From: Nitrosopumilus sp.
Lineage (GTDB): Archaea; Thermoproteota; Nitrososphaeria; Nitrososphaerales; Nitrosopumilaceae
Assembly: GCA_963662625.1 (NCBI GenBank)
Contig: OY759726.1
Span: 480,001 to 544,000 of the forward strand
Direction of reading: 5' to 3'
DNA: 64,000 bases
Positions 60,135-64,000 of this stretch are shown here, in pieces (positions within the stretch are counted from its first letter, which is position 1; each line of letters opens with the position of its first letter). The notes beneath the pieces are model-generated. The model did no database searches. It was not told the origin of the DNA and saw only the letters and a list, made by a program, of their open reading frames with translations. A program made the translations under genes and the position numbers.

Positions 60135-60212
60135 TCAATCCCCGGCGGCTTCGATGTCAGCTTGCAGCTCGTCCACCAAGCCTTCCCACCAGTTACCGGT
60201 TTTCTCCGCCAT
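60135..60212 (-). CDS. Putative micro-protein (25 aa)
   Basis: MAEKTGNWWEGLVDELQADIEAAGD; TTATTATAAA box about 30 nt upstream on the minus strand. Confidence 0.5.
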   Translation of the reverse strand: MAEKTGNWWEGLVDELQADIEAAGD

Positions 60213-60973
60213 GCCCCGATAGCTACCTTCCACACTCCTTTATAATAATTCGGGGGGAAAGGCCGCGCACCGCGGGTAAAAACCCCGCAAACCCCCGCGG
60301 CGGGCGGCCCGCAACCCGTGACGCCCGCGGGATGCAGCGGGCGCCGGTTGGGCGGGATGTGCCAGGTTCCGTCCCCGACGGAGGGGCTTGCCCAAGGATC
60401 CGCGCGGGATCGTCTTGCTGGGAGCGGCGGCCGCGTCACCGTGTCCCGCATGCGGCCGCTCCGCGAAGGCGCGGCCCTGATCACCGCGCGTTCGCCGCAC
60501 GCATGCGGGGAACAAAGGCGCGGCGCGCTTCCTGCGCGCAACCCCCGCCGCGGCCCCCGCCGCCCGGCACGCCGCCACGCCCCTCACCAAAGTCCTGCGA
60601 CGGGCCCCCGCGCCGGGGCGGTTGCTTGGCCGCCTGCGCTTGGAACCGCCTTGGGCCGCGGCCGCGCCGGCGCTCCCGGGCAGGACGGGCGCGCGGAGCC
60701 GTCCGGCGGGGCCGCCAAAAAAGGGCGCGCCCGGCGGCGCGGGCTCGCGAGCCCGGAAGGGGCGGGGGGCGCGATCCGGGATCCCTCGGGAATAGCCGCC
60801 CGGGGCTTTCCCCGCGCCCGGCCCGGACGCCCCGCCCAGCCGGGGCGCGGCCGGCACCGGCACCATCCCCGGGATGGCGCCGAGTGGGGCGGCGAACGTG
60901 CGGTCGGAGGCGAAAGACACGCACGAATCGTGGCCGGGAGCTGCATCGTGGCGGATCGCTCCAAAATACCCCT

Positions 60974-61084
60974 CCCCCGCGCGCCGCGGGGGCATCCACG
61001 CCTGCCGGGGCCCCGATCCCGTAGGCCCCGCGGGCAAGCAGCCAACCCCCGCGCGCCGCGGGGGCATCCCCGCCTGCCGGGGCC
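60974..61084. repeat. Palindromic 39-bp direct repeat, 2 copies (1 mismatch), 33-bp spacer
   Basis: CCCCCGCGCGCCGCGGGGGCATCC[A/C]CGCCTGCCGGGGCC at 60974 and 61046. Confidence 0.88.
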
Positions 61085-61204
61085 GGGCGCCACCGGTCAG
61101 ACCTGCAAGGGGGCGCCGCGCCCGGTCCGGACGCCGCTTTTCCCCACGGGCGGGTCGCGGGCTGCCGTGTTTGGAATGCCGCAGGGCCGCCCGGCTTGCC
61201 GAAT

Positions 61205-61558
61205 TCAGACTTCCAATATGTCCTGGCGTATCTTTTGCCTGGTTTTCTGGTAAAATTGTGGCGTTACCTTTCCTATACGCTTAATCGCCCTGCTTTTTAA
61301 TTGCGTAAAATAACGCTCGCGCAAGGCCCGGCTTGGTTTGTGAAATACGCCTTCTTGCGTATCTGATGCGTTGATATCCATTGCAAATTGATCGCCATAT
61401 AAGGAGGACGTTATGGGCAAACAGATGAACGTGTCGACGGAGTCGTCTTTTGAAAATTTTGAGATTACTAATACGGGGCGGTTTTTTGTATTTTGATCTG
61501 GAAACGTCACGCTGGTTAGAAGAATTTCTTGTGGTTCAAAGAGTATCCCAGAATTCAT
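61205..61558 (-). CDS. PemK/MazF-family toxin
   Basis: EILL..V.FPD....RPVLVIS..ICLPITS..IGKV. Confidence 0.85.
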   Translation of the reverse strand: MNSGILFEPQEILLTSVTFPDQNTKNRPVLVISKFSKDDSVDTFICLPITSSLYGDQFAMDINASDTQEGVFHKPSRALRERYFTQLKSRAIKRIGKVTPQFYQKTRQKIRQDILEV

Positions 61559-61835
61559 CTTCTTTGTTGTCCCACATTCTTCTCATTATTGTCTGGGTTG
61601 ATCCGTGTTGGTTTGCGGAGAGTTTGTTGAGTTTGATCTCGCATTCTTGGATTGGCGTCCGTAGTGCCCTGCCATCGTCTATCAGTTTCTGTATGTGTCG
61701 ATGCTGGATGCAGAGTACTTTGGTGATGCTTTCGTGGGCCTCCTGAGGCGTTTTTTCGCCGATCCCATACAGTTGATCAGCCGTCCACAGTGATTGTTTT
61801 TCTGCTCCCGTTTCGAACCCTGTCAGCATGGTCAT
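61536..61835 (-). CDS. Putative antitoxin
   Basis: Overlaps the toxin start; acidic aromatic C-terminus WDNKEDEFWDTL like antitoxins found upstream of MazF genes. Confidence 0.6.
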   Translation of the reverse strand: MTMLTGFETGAEKQSLWTADQLYGIGEKTPQEAHESITKVLCIQHRHIQKLIDDGRALRTPIQECEIKLNKLSANQHGSTQTIMRRMWDNKEDEFWDTL

Positions 61836-61838
61836 TTG

Positions 61839-62294
61839 TCATGCAAGCCCCACTGTCTTTTGGTATTTTTGCCATACGTGGAATTGATGGAAAGTTGCAG
61901 AGCATCTCAAATCCCTGAGGCGGCGATGTAATTCCGCGGGGTTTTTTTCAGCATGCGCGGAAATCAGTTCTTCGATCCCGCCGACCAGTTCATTCTTTAT
62001 CTCTTCCCTTTTTTCACGCGGTATTTTGCAAGCATGCGACAGCTCGTCCATTTCCCCAAGCAAGGCCTCGGAGACTTCGCTGATGAATACCTCGTCCTTT
62101 AATTCCAGCGTCCAGCCAAAATTAGTCAAGTTTTTTGCGACATTAAAACAGCCTGCATACTCTTCCGCTTTTACCAAGGCAGACATGTTTTCCAGCTGCC
62201 CCCTGTAGGCCGCGGCCGGATCCCTCATGCCTTTTGCATCCCATATTGGGATGTTAATGATCCCATGTTGGGCAGTCAGGCGAAATGCGCCCAT
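61839..62294 (-). CDS. Hypothetical helical protein in AT-richer islet
   Basis: ORF with atypical codon usage ending 3 bp upstream of the antitoxin; start uncertain (ATG 62228 plausible). Confidence 0.65.
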   Translation of the reverse strand: MGAFRLTAQHGIINIPIWDAKGMRDPAAAYRGQLENMSALVKAEEYAGCFNVAKNLTNFGWTLELKDEVFISEVSEALLGEMDELSHACKIPREKREEIKNELVGGIEELISAHAEKNPAELHRRLRDLRCSATFHQFHVWQKYQKTVGLA

Positions 62295-62417
62295 GGCCCA
62301 TGCGCGATCCAGACTGACGCGGGGCCTGGGCGCGTCCCCGGTGCCGGGCTTGGGCCGCCTTTCTCCCGGGCGGCGCGTGCAGAGAATTTATATACAGAAT
62401 GCAGTCAGGCGCAACAC

Positions 62418-63233
62418 ATGGCGTCGGGCCCGGCAGTCCTTGACTCAGACTTTAGGTACATGGACAAGAGGGGGAACCTAATGAGGACCAGGATGGAGCT
62501 TACCATAGCCCAGATGCTGTCGTTCCTCAGGGTGGACTACGAGTACGACTGCGAGGTCGCGCTGGGCGGCGGGGCGTCCGCGAGGGTCGACTTTAAGACG
62601 GGAAACGGCATGATCGAGGCGATAGACGGCGCCGGTGACGTGGAAAAATACAAGCGGATCAAGGAGGCGCTGCCCGGAGAGAGGATCATGGCGGTGGGGC
62701 GCCCAGAGTTCGCGGCGCAGATCAAGGAGCTGCAGGACATCGTGTACTATGACAGCGCGCCGCAGACGGGCTCCATATTCCTGGAGGACCCGTCGTTCTC
62801 GTTTGACTACGCGCACATACTCCCGCTGGTGGAAAAATGCTCCATACTGCACGGCCACACGTCGTCCGTGATGGTCGAGCTGGTCGGGCAGATGAAGGAC
62901 AACCTGCTCCTCGACTTCGGGGAGGCAAAGAGGATCATCAGGGACGTGATCCTGGAGTTTGACCACAAGTTCTTCATAAACGAAAGGTACCTCAGGGGCG
63001 GCGACGGCCCCCACTACAGGATCCAGTTCGACGGGCCAAAGGGCACGTTCGACCTGCAGGTGCCGAGGGACACGACGTACCTCCTGAAGGGGGAGGCCAC
63101 CGTGGAGAACCTGGCCGGCGAGATCATCAAGCTGCTGGCCCCCAGGATGCCGCCGAACGTGGAGGCCGTCGGGGTCTACATCTACGAGGGGCACGACAAG
63201 GGATCCCACATCATCTCGAGCATAGCGAGATAG
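62418..63233 (+). CDS. QueD/PTPS-family protein fused to an N-terminal nuclease-like domain
   Basis: C-terminal AH.L....C..LHGH, LLDFG, FDHK, TVENLA, YEG; N-terminal E..IA..L....YEY..DF..IE. Confidence 0.85.
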   Translation: MASGPAVLDSDFRYMDKRGNLMRTRMELTIAQMLSFLRVDYEYDCEVALGGGASARVDFKTGNGMIEAIDGAGDVEKYKRIKEALPGERIMAVGRPEFAAQIKELQDIVYYDSAPQTGSIFLEDPSFSFDYAHILPLVEKCSILHGHTSSVMVELVGQMKDNLLLDFGEAKRIIRDVILEFDHKFFINERYLRGGDGPHYRIQFDGPKGTFDLQVPRDTTYLLKGEATVENLAGEIIKLLAPRMPPNVEAVGVYIYEGHDKGSHIISSIAR

Positions 63234-63240
63234 CCTGGAA

Positions 63241-64000
63241 ATGGAGCCGAGGATCAAGGAAAAGGCATGGGATCCGGCCCTGGAGAAGGGGATCCTCAGG
63301 AGGTGGCAGGACGAGGGGATCTACGACTTTGTCCCGGGCGAGGAGAACTTTACGATAGACACGCCGCCGCCGTACCCGTCTGGCAGGCCCTGGCACATAG
63401 GGGCCGCGGTGCACTACTCCCAGATAGACATGATCGCGCGCACCGCCAGGATGGCCGGGAAGAACGTGTACTTTCCCGTCGGGATCGACAGGAACGGGCT
63501 CCCGGTGGAGATCTACACGGAGAAGAAGCACGGCATAAGGATGCGGGAGACCGAGCGGGGCAGGTTCCTGGACCTGTGCAGGGAGTCGCTGGACGACCTA
63601 GAGTCCGAGATGGTGCTCATCATGAGGAACCTGGGCCTGAGCGGGGACATCGAGAACCGCTACAGGACGGACTCCGAGGAGTACAGGGCGCTCACCCAGG
63701 CCACGTTCATCGAGCTGTGGAGGAAGGGGCAGGTGTACCTCGCAAACAGGCCAAACAACTACGACTGGGCCTCGGGGACGACCATCGCCGACGCCGAGAT
63801 AACGTACGAGGACCTTCCCACGAAGCTGGTATACATGAGGTTCGCCGTCAAGGACGCGGGCAGGGAGATCGTCATCGCCAGCACGAGGCCGGAACTGCTC
63901 TGCGCGTGCAGGGCGGTCATAGTGAACCCCGGGGACGGCAGGTACGCGGGGCTTGCGGGGAAGAAGGTCACCGTGCCCGTGACCGGCGCCGAGGTGGAGC
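63241..64000 (+). CDS. valS: Valine--tRNA ligase (5' part; runs off window)
   Basis: Manual translation IDTPPPYPSGRPWHIGA..GIDRNGLPVE..IASTRPELL. Confidence 0.93.
   Translation, partial: MEPRIKEKAWDPALEKGILRRWQDEGIYDFVPGEENFTIDTPPPYPSGRPWHIGAAVHYSQIDMIARTARMAGKNVYFPVGIDRNGLPVEIYTEKKHGIRMRETERGRFLDLCRESLDDLESEMVLIMRNLGLSGDIENRYRTDSEEYRALTQATFIELWRKGQVYLANRPNNYDWASGTTIADAEITYEDLPTKLVYMRFAVKDAGREIVIASTRPELLCACRAVIVNPGDGRYAGLAGKKVTVPVTGAEVE

Noticed and set aside
60745-60770. GCCCGGAAGGG resembling SRP RNA helix 8
   Set aside because: Lacks the flanking CAGG/AGCA signature; likely chance in GC-rich DNA (an Rfam scan would settle it)
60974-61084. Bona fide CRISPR array
   Set aside because: Only two repeats, no AT-rich leader and no cas genes in the window; kept as a repeat only
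60090-62417. Intact integrative element at tRNA-Thr
   Set aside because: No integrase and no duplicated tRNA 3' end found by eye

Overview
Core-chromosome window from a GC-rich ammonia-oxidising archaeon (Nitrososphaerota/Thaumarchaeota, Nitrosopumilaceae-like, probably a Cenarchaeum-type host-associated lineage). The assignment is inferred from RadA, Topo VI, eL21/Rpo4/DUF655/KsgA synteny, an archaeal histone, fibrillarin/Nop5, short PurA, a cupredoxin and DUF285 surface repeats. It holds about 75 CDSs, mostly translation, RNA modification, nucleotide metabolism and DNA metabolism, plus three tRNAs (Ser-GCT, Cys-GCA, Thr-CGT). Several small real ORFs are missing from the supplied ORF track, and there is a small AT-richer islet with a PemK/MazF toxin-antitoxin pair after tRNA-Thr. 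No CRISPR-cas locus or transposase was seen. The most notable items are: a Urm1/SAMP-like ubiquitin-fold domain fused through its HGG motif to Cgi121 beside THUMP and TsaC genes; a long tandem-repeat extension in ribosomal protein uS11; a histone-H1-like repeat tail on a TFE-beta/Rpc34-like factor; a nuclease-fold/QueD fusion; a GDGT-ring-synthase-like radical SAM protein; two micro-ORFs with their own TATA boxes; and three unrelated two-copy direct repeats with a 72-73 bp period. All family calls come from motif recognition, not database searches, and novelty could not be checked.
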